Below the pieces are notes generated by a model. The model was not told the origin of the DNA. It worked only from the letters and a program-made list of their open reading frames with translations, and made no database searches. The translations under genes were made by a program, and so were the position numbers. A DNA stretch of 64,000 bases. Origin: Escherichia phage vB_EcoM_005. Location of the stretch: the sequence record MK295203, one strand, 5' to 3'. This document shows, piece after piece, positions 1-9,874 of the stretch (position 1 is the stretch's first letter; each line of letters opens with the position of its first letter).

Positions 1-10
1 TTTAAGGAAT

Positions 11-31
11 GGGGCTTCGGCCCCTTATTGC
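11..31 (+). terminator. Terminator-like GC hairpin (GGGGCTTCGGCCCC) followed by T-rich tract
   Basis: Perfect 5-bp GC stem with TTCG loop then TTATTGCT, immediately upstream of denA start. Confidence 0.45.
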
Positions 32-32
32 T

Positions 33-444
33 ATGAAAGAAATCGCAGACGAATTTAGCTTTATCAAGTACGTCACCCTAGAACTCCAAGATGACGCCAC
101 CATAGCTCCGCTCACAGTACCAAATAAACAAAATGTCATATATGCTATAGCGGTTGATGATATACTAGTCTACATCGGGAAGACTAAAAATCTTCGTAAG
201 CGCATCAACTTACTACCGAACCGCTATTAATCGTAAGGACCAAACGTCGGATTCGACCAAGTCCATTCTGATTCATGAAGCATTAATGGCAGGTAAAAAG
301 GTAGAGTTCTATGCACGGCAGTGCTTTAATCTGTCGATGACTAACGAACTTGGAACTATGTCAGTCGAGACCATGTCTCTTGAAGAGCCAATGTTCATAA
401 AGAAATTTAATCCACCTTGGAATACCCAACACCGTGCCAAATGA
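33..444 (+). pseudogene. denA: Endonuclease II (DenA, GIY-YIG family) with apparent +1 frameshift
   Basis: N-terminal MKEIADEFSFIKY...VIYAIAVDDILVYIGKTKNLRKRIN matches DenA; the track ORF stops at 230 (INLLPNRY*), while the conserved C-terminus (TAINRKDQTSDSTKS...FYARQCFNLSMTNELGT...FNPPWN) continues in the +1 frame to a stop near 442-444. One extra T near 213 explains it. Confidence 0.7.
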
Positions 445-1091
445 AGAAACATTACATATACAAAATTACAGTCATGGAAGGCCCATTTAAAGACCACTAT
501 TATATAGGTAAAAGGTCTAACGAGGACCCTGAAAATGACATTTATAGCGGTAGTGGTGTAAAACTACCGTATATAAAAAGAAATTTTAGATTTATTAAGG
601 AAATTTTATCATTTCATTCGGATGAACAAGAAGCTTATGATAAAGAAAAGGAATTGGTATGTTATGAGGCCTTAATGGACCTATATTGTTTAAATGTTGT
701 TCTTGGAGGCAGGGGTCATAAAACCGGTGATAAATTATCGCAATGGTATTTTTATGATGAGCTTTTTGAATTATGGGTAAATAACGGTCTATTAGGATAC
801 GGAAGATTTGGGCGATTGGCGGTTTCATTAGGATATCCTAATGAGCATTACGGAGGCCTTATAGCGGCCTTTGAAAAAAATTCAGGATTAAAAGCAAATT
901 CTAATACCAAAACCCTAGGAGTTCCTTCTTCCAAGCGTAAGGAACATTGGCTTTACGAAAAGGAGCTTTTCGAACATTGGGTTAAAATGGGCCGATGCGG
1001 TCATAGAACCTTTAAACGCAAGATGGTAGCTTTAAATTATCCTGATGTATCCTATTATCAAATGGTTGAAAATTTTAAGGTAAAGCAATGA
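441..1091 (+). CDS. GIY-YIG homing endonuclease (Seg-like), freestanding between denA and rnlA
   Basis: MKKHYIYKIT...YYIGKRS...YSGSG GIY-YIG motif at N-terminus; ATGA overlaps with the denA stop and the rnlA start; T4 has no gene at this position. Confidence 0.8.
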   Translation: MKKHYIYKITVMEGPFKDHYYIGKRSNEDPENDIYSGSGVKLPYIKRNFRFIKEILSFHSDEQEAYDKEKELVCYEALMDLYCLNVVLGGRGHKTGDKLSQWYFYDELFELWVNNGLLGYGRFGRLAVSLGYPNEHYGGLIAAFEKNSGLKANSNTKTLGVPSSKRKEHWLYEKELFEHWVKMGRCGHRTFKRKMVALNYPDVSYYQMVENFKVKQ

Positions 1092-2065
1092 TTGAATTAT
1101 ATGATAACTTGATGGCCCTGGTTAAAAACTCGACTAAATCTAAGTTCTTCTTTAAAGACTTTCAGAGTGCGCTAGGAGTCAACTATCGCATCTTTAGTTA
1201 TAACTATGCATCGTACAGTGATTGGTTGGAAGACGGCGCACTAGAGTGCCGAGGCATTATGTTTGAAATGGACGAGAACGGTCCGGTACGTATTGCTGCT
1301 CGTCCTATGCAAAAGTTCTTTAACCTCGACGAAAACCCTATGACTATCGGTCTGGATTTGTCGCCGGAAAATATTGACCTCGTAATGGCTAAGGAAGATG
1401 GTTCTCTGATTTCTACATTCATGGACCGTCAGTATCTTTCTGTTAAATCTAAAGGCTCTATCCATTCATCAATGGTGCATGATTCTTTACGTTTCCTTCG
1501 TCTCCCTGAGAACGAGGCTTTTGCCGCACGTCTAGAAGAAATCACCAAAGCCGGGTATACCTGCAACCTTGAATATGTTGCACCTACCAACCGTATCGTG
1601 TTGGCTTACCAAGAAACAAACCTCATCCTGTTAAACGTTCGTAATAATGAAACGGGTGAATATATTCCGTATGCGGAATTGTTTAAGGACGGTGCTCTGC
1701 GTAAGCATTTGGTTGAAAGCTATGACCTCTCTGAGGGTGATTTCGTAGAAACCATTCGTAAACAAGAGGGCATTGAAGGTTTCATCTTTGTACTGAAAGA
1801 TGGTACGTTCTTTAAACTCAAAACTGCATGGTACAGTGCACTGCATCATACCAAAGATTCCATTAACAATAACGAACGTTTGTTTGAAGTTGTAGTGGCT
1901 GGCGGAACTGATGACCTTCGTGGCCTGTTCAGTACGGATTCGTTTGCTATCGAGAAAATCGATGCCTTTGAACGTATCCATTTAGATTACTTAGAACAAT
2001 CACTGGCCTTGTTAGAAGCAGCGTATTCTCAGCTCAAGGGTCGCGACCGTAAAGACTATGCATAA
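1088..2065 (+). CDS. rnlA: RNA ligase 1 (RnlA, gp63)
   Basis: 325 aa; MIELYDNLMALVK...YRIFSYNYASYSDWLEDGALECRGIMFEMDENGPVRIAARPMQKFFNLDENP...APTNRIVLAYQE closely matches T4 RnlA; shorter than T4 (374 aa) at the C-terminus. Confidence 0.85.
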   Translation: MIELYDNLMALVKNSTKSKFFFKDFQSALGVNYRIFSYNYASYSDWLEDGALECRGIMFEMDENGPVRIAARPMQKFFNLDENPMTIGLDLSPENIDLVMAKEDGSLISTFMDRQYLSVKSKGSIHSSMVHDSLRFLRLPENEAFAARLEEITKAGYTCNLEYVAPTNRIVLAYQETNLILLNVRNNETGEYIPYAELFKDGALRKHLVESYDLSEGDFVETIRKQEGIEGFIFVLKDGTFFKLKTAWYSALHHTKDSINNNERLFEVVVAGGTDDLRGLFSTDSFAIEKIDAFERIHLDYLEQSLALLEAAYSQLKGRDRKDYA

Positions 2066-2110
2066 GGCCCAAATCCCTGAAAAATATTTGAAAGAAATTG
2101 TGGTAGAGTA

Positions 2111-2142
2111 GTTTACATCTCCTCATGATGTGTTAGTATAGA
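2111..2142 (+). promoter_or_regulatory. T4-type early promoter (GTTTACA -35, TAnnnT -10)
   Basis: GTTTACATCTCCTCATGATGTGTTAGTATAGA upstream of the alc-like gene; the CTCCTCAT/ATGAGGAG inverted repeat spans the promoter and RBS. Confidence 0.45.
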
Positions 2143-2169
2143 CTTACCAACTAATGAGGAGAAAACAAA

Positions 2170-2670
2170 ATGAATATGCAAATGATTACTAACGAAATGG
2201 TTGTTAAGGCTTTTGGTGACTCTACTGACGGTATCCAAGTTTTTAAAGGTTCTCGTGCAGTAGGTTACCTGACCGATCTTCGTGTTACTTTAGCTAAAAA
2301 TGCTAAAAAGAAAATCAAGCAAAAAGAATACTCTACCCGTTATGCAGAAGAAAAGCGTGAAGCCATGCCTGAAGCTGTCAACTCTATGGTTGAGTTTCTC
2401 CAAAACAACCTTTCTAAGTACGATGCCGAGGTATTCATCAATATTAGCCAACCTAATGTTAAAATCTCAGGCATCACTTTCTATTTGATTTGCGACCCAT
2501 TAAGCGACAAGTTTAATCGCCTTGGTATTTCAAGTCCTTACCATACAGCTGAAGAATTGTGTTTTATGTTCGAAACGTACAAAATTCAGTGCGAAAATCC
2601 TAAAACGGTTCTTATTAATTCCCTGTCACGTGATGACATCATCGAGATTATTACCAAATGTCTAAATTAA
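2170..2670 (+). CDS. alc: Alc-like protein (host transcription inhibitor) by size and synteny
   Basis: 166 aa ORF directly downstream of rnlA and upstream of the pseT cluster, as in T4 (Alc 167 aa); RBS GAGGAG. Confidence 0.55.
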   Translation: MNMQMITNEMVVKAFGDSTDGIQVFKGSRAVGYLTDLRVTLAKNAKKKIKQKEYSTRYAEEKREAMPEAVNSMVEFLQNNLSKYDAEVFINISQPNVKISGITFYLICDPLSDKFNRLGISSPYHTAEELCFMFETYKIQCENPKTVLINSLSRDDIIEIITKCLN

Positions 2671-3011
2671 GTATTTACCTTTTAGCTGGAGCCATTGCAG
2701 TAGGTGCTTACGGTTTTATTTCGTACCAATCAAGCCGTATTGATACATTAACCGAAGAACTGAAAACAACCCAGCAAACGGCCAAACAGAATGCCGAAGC
2801 CGTAGATGACCTTCGTGGTCAATACTCTGATATCGAATTCCGTACTACTGAAATGAATGCCCGAATGGATAAAATTAAGGTAGAAAATGAAAAGCTCCGT
2901 AAAGATTCGAAGAAGGCGCACGTGGTGGCAAGTAAGCCAGGACTGGTCGAAAAACAAATCAACAAGTCCTTCGATTCCTTTACAGAAGACTTCAGGAGCA
3001 TTACAGAATGA
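2658..3011 (+). CDS. Small membrane protein (pseT.3-like), N-terminal TM helix plus coiled coil
   Basis: MSKLSIYLLAGAIAVGAYGFISY hydrophobic N-terminus; position as in T4 pseT.3. Confidence 0.6.
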   Translation: MSKLSIYLLAGAIAVGAYGFISYQSSRIDTLTEELKTTQQTAKQNAEAVDDLRGQYSDIEFRTTEMNARMDKIKVENEKLRKDSKKAHVVASKPGLVEKQINKSFDSFTEDFRSITE

Positions 3012-3199
3012 TTAAATTATCTGTAGTAGTATTATCTATTGGCTTGTTAGTTGGATGTGCCCAGGACATCCCTGTAGTGCCTAAGCAACAACTACATCCT
3101 TCATGGCCACAACCTATTGCCAAACATAATGTTAAATGGCAGGTTAAGGTAATCGATGGTAAAGCTTGGGTTGGAATGCCATTTGAAGATTCCGAATGA
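3008..3199 (+). CDS. Small predicted lipoprotein (pseT.2-like)
   Basis: 63 aa; signal peptide with lipobox LVGC (MIKLSVVVLSIGLLVGCAQ). Confidence 0.55.
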   Translation: MIKLSVVVLSIGLLVGCAQDIPVVPKQQLHPSWPQPIAKHNVKWQVKVIDGKAWVGMPFEDSE

Positions 3200-3302
3200 T
3201 TGAGTCTTGTATCGATGGGTCGGATGTCATTCTATTTGGCTTTACATGCTTTTGTTTTGGAATCGTGCTTAGCATGTGTATAAATGGTATTTTTGGAAAG
3301 TA

Positions 3303-3332
3303 GTTTACAAACTCTTGGGAGCAGAGTATAAT
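3303..3332 (+). promoter_or_regulatory. T4-type early promoter (GTTTACA-N17-TATAAT)
   Basis: GTTTACAAACTCTTGGGAGCAGAGTATAAT; GGAGCA/TGCTCC stem around the -10. Confidence 0.6.
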
Positions 3333-3365
3333 GCTCCTACGGATTATAAAAATTGAGGAAATTAT

Positions 3366-3845
3366 TATGACTTTACGTGATAACAGTTTTGTGGCTAAGC
3401 CTGAATACATTTCAGGCGTTAAATCGCCTGCATTACAAAAGCTCCTAAAACTAGGGTCCTGTGCAAGTACACCACTTGAAAAGAAGGCAACTTTCGATTT
3501 TGCTTGGGCTATGGTAGACGGTATTGATGTAGTAAGACAGGTGTCTTTTTATGCTCCAGGGTCTATTGAGCCTTCGCAGATTATTAATTTGAATGGAAGT
3601 AATTATATTACCGTCCAACAGTGGTATCGTATGATGCGCCCGGTTTGGGAATACCCTGAATTCATTGAAGAGTACAATGAAAAAGAACGTATTCGTGAAT
3701 TGGTGAAAAGTTTTGAATACGCGGCTAAACGTCATGGACAAATGCAAGCTGCCGCTGCACTTGGTGATGTTTCTGAAAGTGCGGCATATGAAACTGGTAA
3801 AATCCTTAAAACCTGCCGTGAAGAACTTTATAAGGAACTTGGTGT

Positions 3846-3849
<4 letters not shown>
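3366..3849 (+). CDS. Hypothetical protein
   Basis: ORF track 3331..3849; likely start at MTLRDN (ATG ~3366) downstream of the early promoter. Confidence 0.55.
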
Positions 3850-5049
<1,200 letters not shown>

Positions 5050-5050
<1 letters not shown>

Positions 5051-5247
5051 TGAATAATATCGAAAAGATTTTTCGTACAATCGAAGAAATTGAAAAACGT
5101 AAATGCTTTTTCTTCGGCGTATGGCCTTTAACTGATGGACGTATTGGCCTGGATGTTATGGACTATAAAGATGAAGACAAGGTCGATGGTGGTATTTTTA
5201 AATCCGCTCCTGAACTCCTTGCCTTCTTGGAAGAACATTATGTATAA
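5050..5247 (+). CDS. Hypothetical protein (cd.5-like position)
   Basis: 65 aa ORF, ATGA overlap with pseT. Confidence 0.45.
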
Positions 5248-5455
5248 CAAACACCATGAAGTTGAAGAAGAAGCTTATAAAGAGCTTCAGAAACTGGTAG
5301 GTCTGAATATGTCTCCTGCCCTCATTAACTCACTTGCGGCCCTTCGTAATGACCTCAATGAACGTTACAAAGGCGAGTACTATGTTGAGTTTGTTCCCCT
5401 GACTGAAGTCGTTGACCGGTTTATTGTTAACGTGAAGGTCCATACAGTACACTGA
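5240..5455 (+). CDS. Hypothetical protein
   Basis: In-frame ATG (MYNKHHEVEE...) within track ORF 5135..5455, overlapping the stop of the upstream ORF. Confidence 0.4.
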   Translation: MYNKHHEVEEEAYKELQKLVGLNMSPALINSLAALRNDLNERYKGEYYVEFVPLTEVVDRFIVNVKVHTVH

Positions 5456-5462
5456 GGTAATT

Positions 5463-5741
5463 ATGTTCCCTACTTATTCTCAAATTGTTAAAACCGTTTT
5501 TAGTCAGATTGTATCTGATTATCTATACGAAACCGTCGACACGTCGACTGAACTAAAAGTGCACGGTCGTTTGTCTGCTATTCTGGAAATCATGTTCCCG
5601 GATGCGGTTGATGCAATCACTGTTCAACTCACGCCTGGTGCAGCATTTGCAATTGTCCCATTTAAAATTGATAACCACATTTTGGCTATTTCATGCAAAA
5701 TGGACTTCCAGAAACAAACGGTAGTTGTCGAAGCAATTTAA
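5463..5741 (+). CDS. Hypothetical protein
   Basis: 92 aa ORF with RBS. Confidence 0.5.
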   Translation: MFPTYSQIVKTVFSQIVSDYLYETVDTSTELKVHGRLSAILEIMFPDAVDAITVQLTPGAAFAIVPFKIDNHILAISCKMDFQKQTVVVEAI

Positions 5742-5764
5742 GGATACTATAGACCTATCAACTT

Positions 5765-5794
5765 GTTTACACCGTGGTAGGACTGTGGTATAGT
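5765..5794 (+). promoter_or_regulatory. T4-type early promoter (GTTTACA-N17-TATAGT) with stem-loop around the -10
   Basis: GTTTACACCGTGGTAGGACTGTGGTATAGT; GGTAGGACT/AGTCCTACC inverted repeat flanks the -10. Confidence 0.55.
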
Positions 5795-5824
5795 AGTCCT
5801 ACCGAAACAAATGAGGAAATCGAA

Positions 5825-6379
5825 ATGGGTAAGTTCTTTGAAGAGCGTAAGTTTTACAAGTTCGTTGGTGAATACACTAAAAACAAATTCACTAATAACG
5901 GTGCTTATGGCCTCAATACAGCTTTTGCTAAGTATGTGGGTATGAATCCGTTTGAAGTTGAAATTGATTACCATAATGGGCGTGAACGTGTAAGCCGAAT
6001 TCGTGTATATGACGAGATGATGTTTGTCGACCCGAGCAAACTCACAGGTAATCCTGACGATGCAAATAGTGTTCTTTTTAATTCAGCGGGCTTTTTTAGC
6101 CATGAATTCGAATACTTTATCGAAGTGGTAGACCCTAAAGAACTGCAGTTAGTTTTCCAGAACCCTGAAATCAAACCTATTAAAACTCCGGCCGATTGGA
6201 AAGTGCTTATTGTTAAAAACGGTAAGATTGAAGTTCATTCTCGCCATAACACAAAGGAACAAGCTGATCGTCAGGCTGAAGAGCTTTTGACCAATTCGTT
6301 CCAGCAAGTGTGTTATATTGTTAAAGGCGACGTTACCCAAGCTACCACTACCAAACAACTTAAGTTGGAGACAATCTAA
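5825..6379 (+). CDS. Hypothetical protein (cd.2-like position)
   Basis: Start at MGKFFEERKFYKF with RBS GAGGAA; track ORF 5774..6379. Confidence 0.55.
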   Translation: MGKFFEERKFYKFVGEYTKNKFTNNGAYGLNTAFAKYVGMNPFEVEIDYHNGRERVSRIRVYDEMMFVDPSKLTGNPDDANSVLFNSAGFFSHEFEYFIEVVDPKELQLVFQNPEIKPIKTPADWKVLIVKNGKIEVHSRHNTKEQADRQAEELLTNSFQQVCYIVKGDVTQATTTKQLKLETI

Positions 6380-6582
6380 TGCTGAGCGAACAACCTATTA
6401 CTGTAGAGCAGTTCCACGTTAAAGTTAAAGAATTTGCTCAGGCCCTGATTAATAAGGTTTCTGTACGTTTTCCTGATGCAACTCTGCGAGTAATTCAGGA
6501 ATCACCACGTGCGGTATTGGTTATCGTTAATCCTAAAGATGGTGACCAGATTACCCAGTTGAAACTTGGTAGGTCTCTCTGA
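6379..6582 (+). CDS. Hypothetical protein
   Basis: 67 aa ORF, ATGA overlap with the upstream gene. Confidence 0.45.
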   Translation: MLSEQPITVEQFHVKVKEFAQALINKVSVRFPDATLRVIQESPRAVLVIVNPKDGDQITQLKLGRSL

Positions 6583-6751
6583 AAAGGCTACTCAGTACAT
6601 CAAAGACCTTTTTAAACTGAGTGAAGATTTCCAAAGCATCCATACTTCAACATATGATGCCGTGCTGGCTACTGTTCTTCCGGTTGAAATTGGTGATCGA
6701 ATTCCGGCGGCGGTATTTTTCGATAAACAAAAATTATCTAGTGGTGATGTA

Positions 6752-7198
6752 ATGAAAGCAAGCACATACCTTCAGATTGCATATCTGATTTCTCAAGAAT
6801 CAAAATGTTGTTCATGGAAAGTGGGTGCGGTTATCGAAAAGAATGGTCGCATTATCTCTACAGGCTATAACCTCCTTAAAGAACATCGTATGGCTCACGC
6901 TGCATGGTCATCTAAAAATGAAATCCATGCTGAGCTGAATGCTATTTTGTTTGCAGCTCGTACTGGAAGTTCTATTGATGGCGCTACGATGTATGTGACG
7001 TTATCTCCGTGCGCCGATTGTGCTAAGTCTATTGCGCAGTCTGGAATTAAAACATTGGTTTATGCTGAGCTCTATGACCGAAATCCTGAAGGTTGGGACG
7101 ATATCCTCCGTGAATCGGGCATCGAAGTTATCCAGTATAATCGTACAGGTCTCCGTTCTTTGAACTGGGAATCAATTCAAAACTATTGTGGTGAATAA
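6752..7198 (+). CDS. cd: dCMP deaminase (Cd)
   Basis: MKASTYLQIAYLISQESKCCSWKVGAVIEKNGRIISTGYN...HAELNAILFAA...SPCADCA (HAE / PCxxC zinc motifs). Track ORF 6566..7198 carries an in-frame TTG-initiated 62-codon extension. 148 aa versus 193 in T4. Confidence 0.85.
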   Translation: MKASTYLQIAYLISQESKCCSWKVGAVIEKNGRIISTGYNLLKEHRMAHAAWSSKNEIHAELNAILFAARTGSSIDGATMYVTLSPCADCAKSIAQSGIKTLVYAELYDRNPEGWDDILRESGIEVIQYNRTGLRSLNWESIQNYCGE

Positions 7199-7431
7199 TG
7201 AAATTTCGTCTAGTTAAATTTTCAGGTCTGAACTCAAAAGGTGAAAACCTGATAGCCTATTCAGTAGAATATAAAAAGTACTTTTTCTCTCGTTGGAAAT
7301 CGTACTATAAATCCGAGTGGGTTCGCGCCGAAATGAAATATAAAACGGTACCTATTCTTGATAATTGTCATAACCTATTAAGAGCTCTAAAAGAGCGTAA
7401 CGCAACCACTATCAAAACTATTCTGGAATAA
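7198..7431 (+). CDS. Hypothetical protein (31.2-like position)
   Basis: 77 aa ORF. Confidence 0.45.
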   Translation: MKFRLVKFSGLNSKGENLIAYSVEYKKYFFSRWKSYYKSEWVRAEMKYKTVPILDNCHNLLRALKERNATTIKTILE

Positions 7432-7433
7432 TT

Positions 7434-7733
7434 ATGATTTTAACTGAACAAGAAACAATTCGTCTCCGTGAAAAAGTCAAGACTATTTTGTCTGTTGGTT
7501 TTCACGAAGTCCTGTTTGAAAAAGCCGATGGTAGCGCCCGTCGTATGACTTGTACTCGCGACTTAGACCTGCTGCCATATAAAGAAGTCCAGGCCCCTGG
7601 ACCAGAAGCCAATAAAGAACCTGTTAATTATATCAGAGTATTTGATACTAAGGCCAGTGATTGGCGCTCATTCCGTTTCGATAAGCTGATTTCTATTAAC
7701 GGCCTTCAGACCGAAACTCTGCTTGTCCTGTAA
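7434..7733 (+). CDS. Hypothetical protein (31.1-like position)
   Basis: 99 aa ORF. Confidence 0.45.
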   Translation: MILTEQETIRLREKVKTILSVGFHEVLFEKADGSARRMTCTRDLDLLPYKEVQAPGPEANKEPVNYIRVFDTKASDWRSFRFDKLISINGLQTETLLVL

Positions 7734-7791
7734 TATGCTTTAAGAATAGCGTGTTATTATTAATCTATCAACAAAACAATATGGATTAAAT

Positions 7792-8115
7792 ATGGAACTT
7801 CCTATTAAAGCGGTCGGAGAATATGTTATTCTCGTTTCCGAACCAAAACAAGCTGGTGATGAAGAAACTACTGCATCTGGTATCGTTATTGGCAAACTTC
7901 ATCAAGGTGAAATCCCTGAACTTTGTGAAATTTATTCTGTAGGACCTGATGTCCCTGAAGATTTTTGTGAAGTAGGCGATTTGACTCCACTTCCTGTTGG
8001 TAAGATTGCTAACGTGCCTCATCCGTTGGTTGCATTGGGTATTAAACAACCTAAAGAAATTAAACAGAAATTCGTTACCTGTCACTATAAAGCTATTCCT
8101 TGCCTTTATAAGTGA
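7792..8115 (+). CDS. 31: Co-chaperonin gp31 (GroES-like, capsid folding)
   Basis: [23 protein letters not shown]...[23 protein letters not shown] nearly identical to the T4 gp31 C-terminus. Confidence 0.9.
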   Translation: MELPIKAVGEYVILVSEPKQAGDEETTASGIVIGKLHQGEIPELCEIYSVGPDVPEDFCEVGDLTPLPVGKIANVPHPLVALGIKQPKEIKQKFVTCHYKAIPCLYK

Positions 8116-8261
8116 TATAAATAATAATATGGATTGGCTGCCGGACTAGTTAGTTAACCGGAGAATCCTAAGCGGTGGACTACAACTGAGAGACTTGCCG
8201 AAAGGAAGTGAAATTCAGAAGAACGTGTCCACCAATCTTTATCTCGAATTGAGAAACTAAA

Positions 8262-8510
8262 ATGAACAAACAATTGAATCACGCTCTTGAACTGCAACGC
8301 AACGCTTGGAACAACGGTCACGAAAACTACGGTGCATCTATTGATGTTGAAGCCGAAGCACTGGAAATCCTGCGTTATTTCAAACATCTGAACCCAGCAC
8401 AGGCTACTCTGGCTGCTGAACTGGAAGCTAAAGATGAACTGAAATTTGCTAAGCCTTTGGCTTCAGCAGCTCGTAAAGCAGTACGTCATTTTATTATTAC
8501 CCTGAAGTAA
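8262..8510 (+). CDS. rIII: rIII lysis-inhibition accessory protein
   Basis: 82 aa, same size and position (between 31 and 30.x) as T4 rIII. Confidence 0.7.
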   Translation: MNKQLNHALELQRNAWNNGHENYGASIDVEAEALEILRYFKHLNPAQATLAAELEAKDELKFAKPLASAARKAVRHFIITLK

Positions 8511-8580
8511 GTTAAATCGAGGAGCCGTCGAACTGTTTGATTAATGATTTGCGAATCATTATAGTTTTAAGACCCCAACA

Positions 8581-8610
8581 GTTTTACGGTGTACCTCTTG
8601 AATGTATTTT
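8581..8610 (+). promoter_or_regulatory. Possible early promoter (TTTTAC-N17-TATTTT)
   Basis: GTTTTACGGTGTACCTCTTGAATGTATTTT in the 260-bp ORF-free leader downstream of rIII. Confidence 0.3.
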
Positions 8611-8772
8611 GTACTATCACGTGTCAGAAAAAGGTTATCTGTCTAAGCCGTGGTTGGTATGATGACGAGGTTTATGGTTATCCTGTCGTTAAATATCTAA
8701 AACCTATGTTCCCCTTGAGGGCTTGCGCAGGCAACGCCAATAAGTCCTGCATTCTAATTTAAGAGATTTAAA

Positions 8773-8934
8773 ATGGCCAAGAAAGAAGTTAAAGTAGTTG
8801 ACGGTACCTCTAAACGCGCTGGTTACAAGCGTGCGTCCAACAAGCGTATCAATCAGGTAGTTGATAAGCTTCAAGCTCGTGCCCGTGCAGTATTGCGTGC
8901 AGATGCTGCTTGCTTTGGTAAGCCTCAGGCATAA
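8773..8934 (+). CDS. Small basic protein (30.9-like position), 53 aa
   Basis: MAKKEVKVVDGTSKRAGYKRASNKRINQ...; below the 60-aa ORF-track cutoff; followed by a strong terminator. Confidence 0.4.
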   Translation: MAKKEVKVVDGTSKRAGYKRASNKRINQVVDKLQARARAVLRADAACFGKPQA

Positions 8935-8939
8935 GTTAT

Positions 8940-8965
8940 GGGACTCTTCGGAGTCCCATTTTTGT
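8940..8965 (+). terminator. Rho-independent terminator
   Basis: GGGACTCTTCGGAGTCCC hairpin followed by ATTTTTGTTT. Confidence 0.7.
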
Positions 8966-8986
8966 TTCTAAATCTTTAAAAAAAGG

Positions 8987-9016
8987 GTGTACATCTCCGG
9001 TAGGCATGATACTATA
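8987..9016 (+). promoter_or_regulatory. Early promoter variant plus conserved leader (cassette copy 1)
   Basis: GTGTACA...TACTAT, then ATAGACATGTACCAAATAATACGAAAACAAACTGGAGAATAAAATG. Confidence 0.4.
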
Positions 9017-9056
9017 GACATGTACCAAATAATACGAAAACAAACTGGAGAATAAA

Positions 9057-9389
9057 ATGAAAACTGTAAATCTGAATGCATCTGTTAAAGCTAAATGTTT
9101 CAACGGTGGATATCAAGAAACCATGTGGGTCCTGACTGCAGTTGAAGGTGATATCATAGAAGTTGAAACAACTGAAGGTATGGGTACTGATTTTACATTC
9201 ACCATCGAGCTTCACAACTTCTTTACAGGTTGGATTTATGAACTGAAAACTGTAATTACCGGTCGTATTGAAGAAAACAAAATTGGTGAATTCTATTACG
9301 TTAATGCCCGTACACGCGCTGAACGTCTGATTGCTCAGATGAAAAAAGTTGGTAAACTTGATATGAAAAATTGGAATGTTGTGAAATAA
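9057..9389 (+). CDS. Hypothetical protein (30.8-like position)
   Basis: 110 aa ORF with RBS GGAG. Confidence 0.55.
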   Translation: MKTVNLNASVKAKCFNGGYQETMWVLTAVEGDIIEVETTEGMGTDFTFTIELHNFFTGWIYELKTVITGRIEENKIGEFYYVNARTRAERLIAQMKKVGKLDMKNWNVVK

Positions 9390-9392
9390 ATG

Positions 9393-9422
9393 TTTTACTT
9401 TGGTACAGGTTGTGTTATTATA
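9393..9422 (+). promoter_or_regulatory. Early promoter plus conserved leader (cassette copy 2)
   Basis: TTTTAC-N17-TATTAT inside a GGTACAGGT/ACCTGTACC stem-loop, followed by the same ~40-nt leader as copy 1. Confidence 0.45.
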
Positions 9423-9462
9423 GACCTGTACCAAATAATACGAAAACAAACTGGAGAATAAA

Positions 9463-9828
9463 ATGAACTACATCAACTTCGAACGTAAATATGTTTCTAA
9501 CGGTATCGCTGGTTCTTCTGAAGTTATTTGCCTGTGGAAACACGAAAACGGTACAGTGTGTGAAATCGAACAGTGCATGACTCCTAACTACGTTTATATG
9601 CGCTTTGAAAATGGTATTACGGTTTCAATCACAATGGAAGGTTCTACTTTTAAAATCGCTTTAGATGATGATTTCCGTCAACGTGATTTAGGTACCCATC
9701 CTTGCTGGAACGGTGCTAATCGTAAGCTTCTGGTTAAAACCTGGATTCGTCACATCCTGAGCAACCGAGCTAAACCTGAACACCTGGAAGCAATCTTTGA
9801 TGTAGTTCTGAACGAATTCGATATCTAA
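9463..9828 (+). CDS. Hypothetical protein (30.7-like position)
   Basis: 121 aa ORF; cysteine-rich (CLW...CEIEQC...HPC). Confidence 0.55.
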   Translation: MNYINFERKYVSNGIAGSSEVICLWKHENGTVCEIEQCMTPNYVYMRFENGITVSITMEGSTFKIALDDDFRQRDLGTHPCWNGANRKLLVKTWIRHILSNRAKPEHLEAIFDVVLNEFDI

Positions 9829-9843
9829 TCTTAACTTAAAAAT

Positions 9844-9863
9844 GGAGGCTTCGGCCTCCTTTG
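9844..9863 (+). terminator. Terminator-like hairpin
   Basis: GGAGGCTTCGGCCTCC followed by TTTG. Confidence 0.5.
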
Positions 9864-9874
9864 AGGAAAATATT

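Noticed and set aside
6566-6751. 62-codon N-terminal extension of cd from a TTG start
   Set aside because: No homology to Cd and no convincing RBS; the conserved MKAST start at 6752 is preferred, though an unannotated small gene in this 170-nt interval cannot be excluded.
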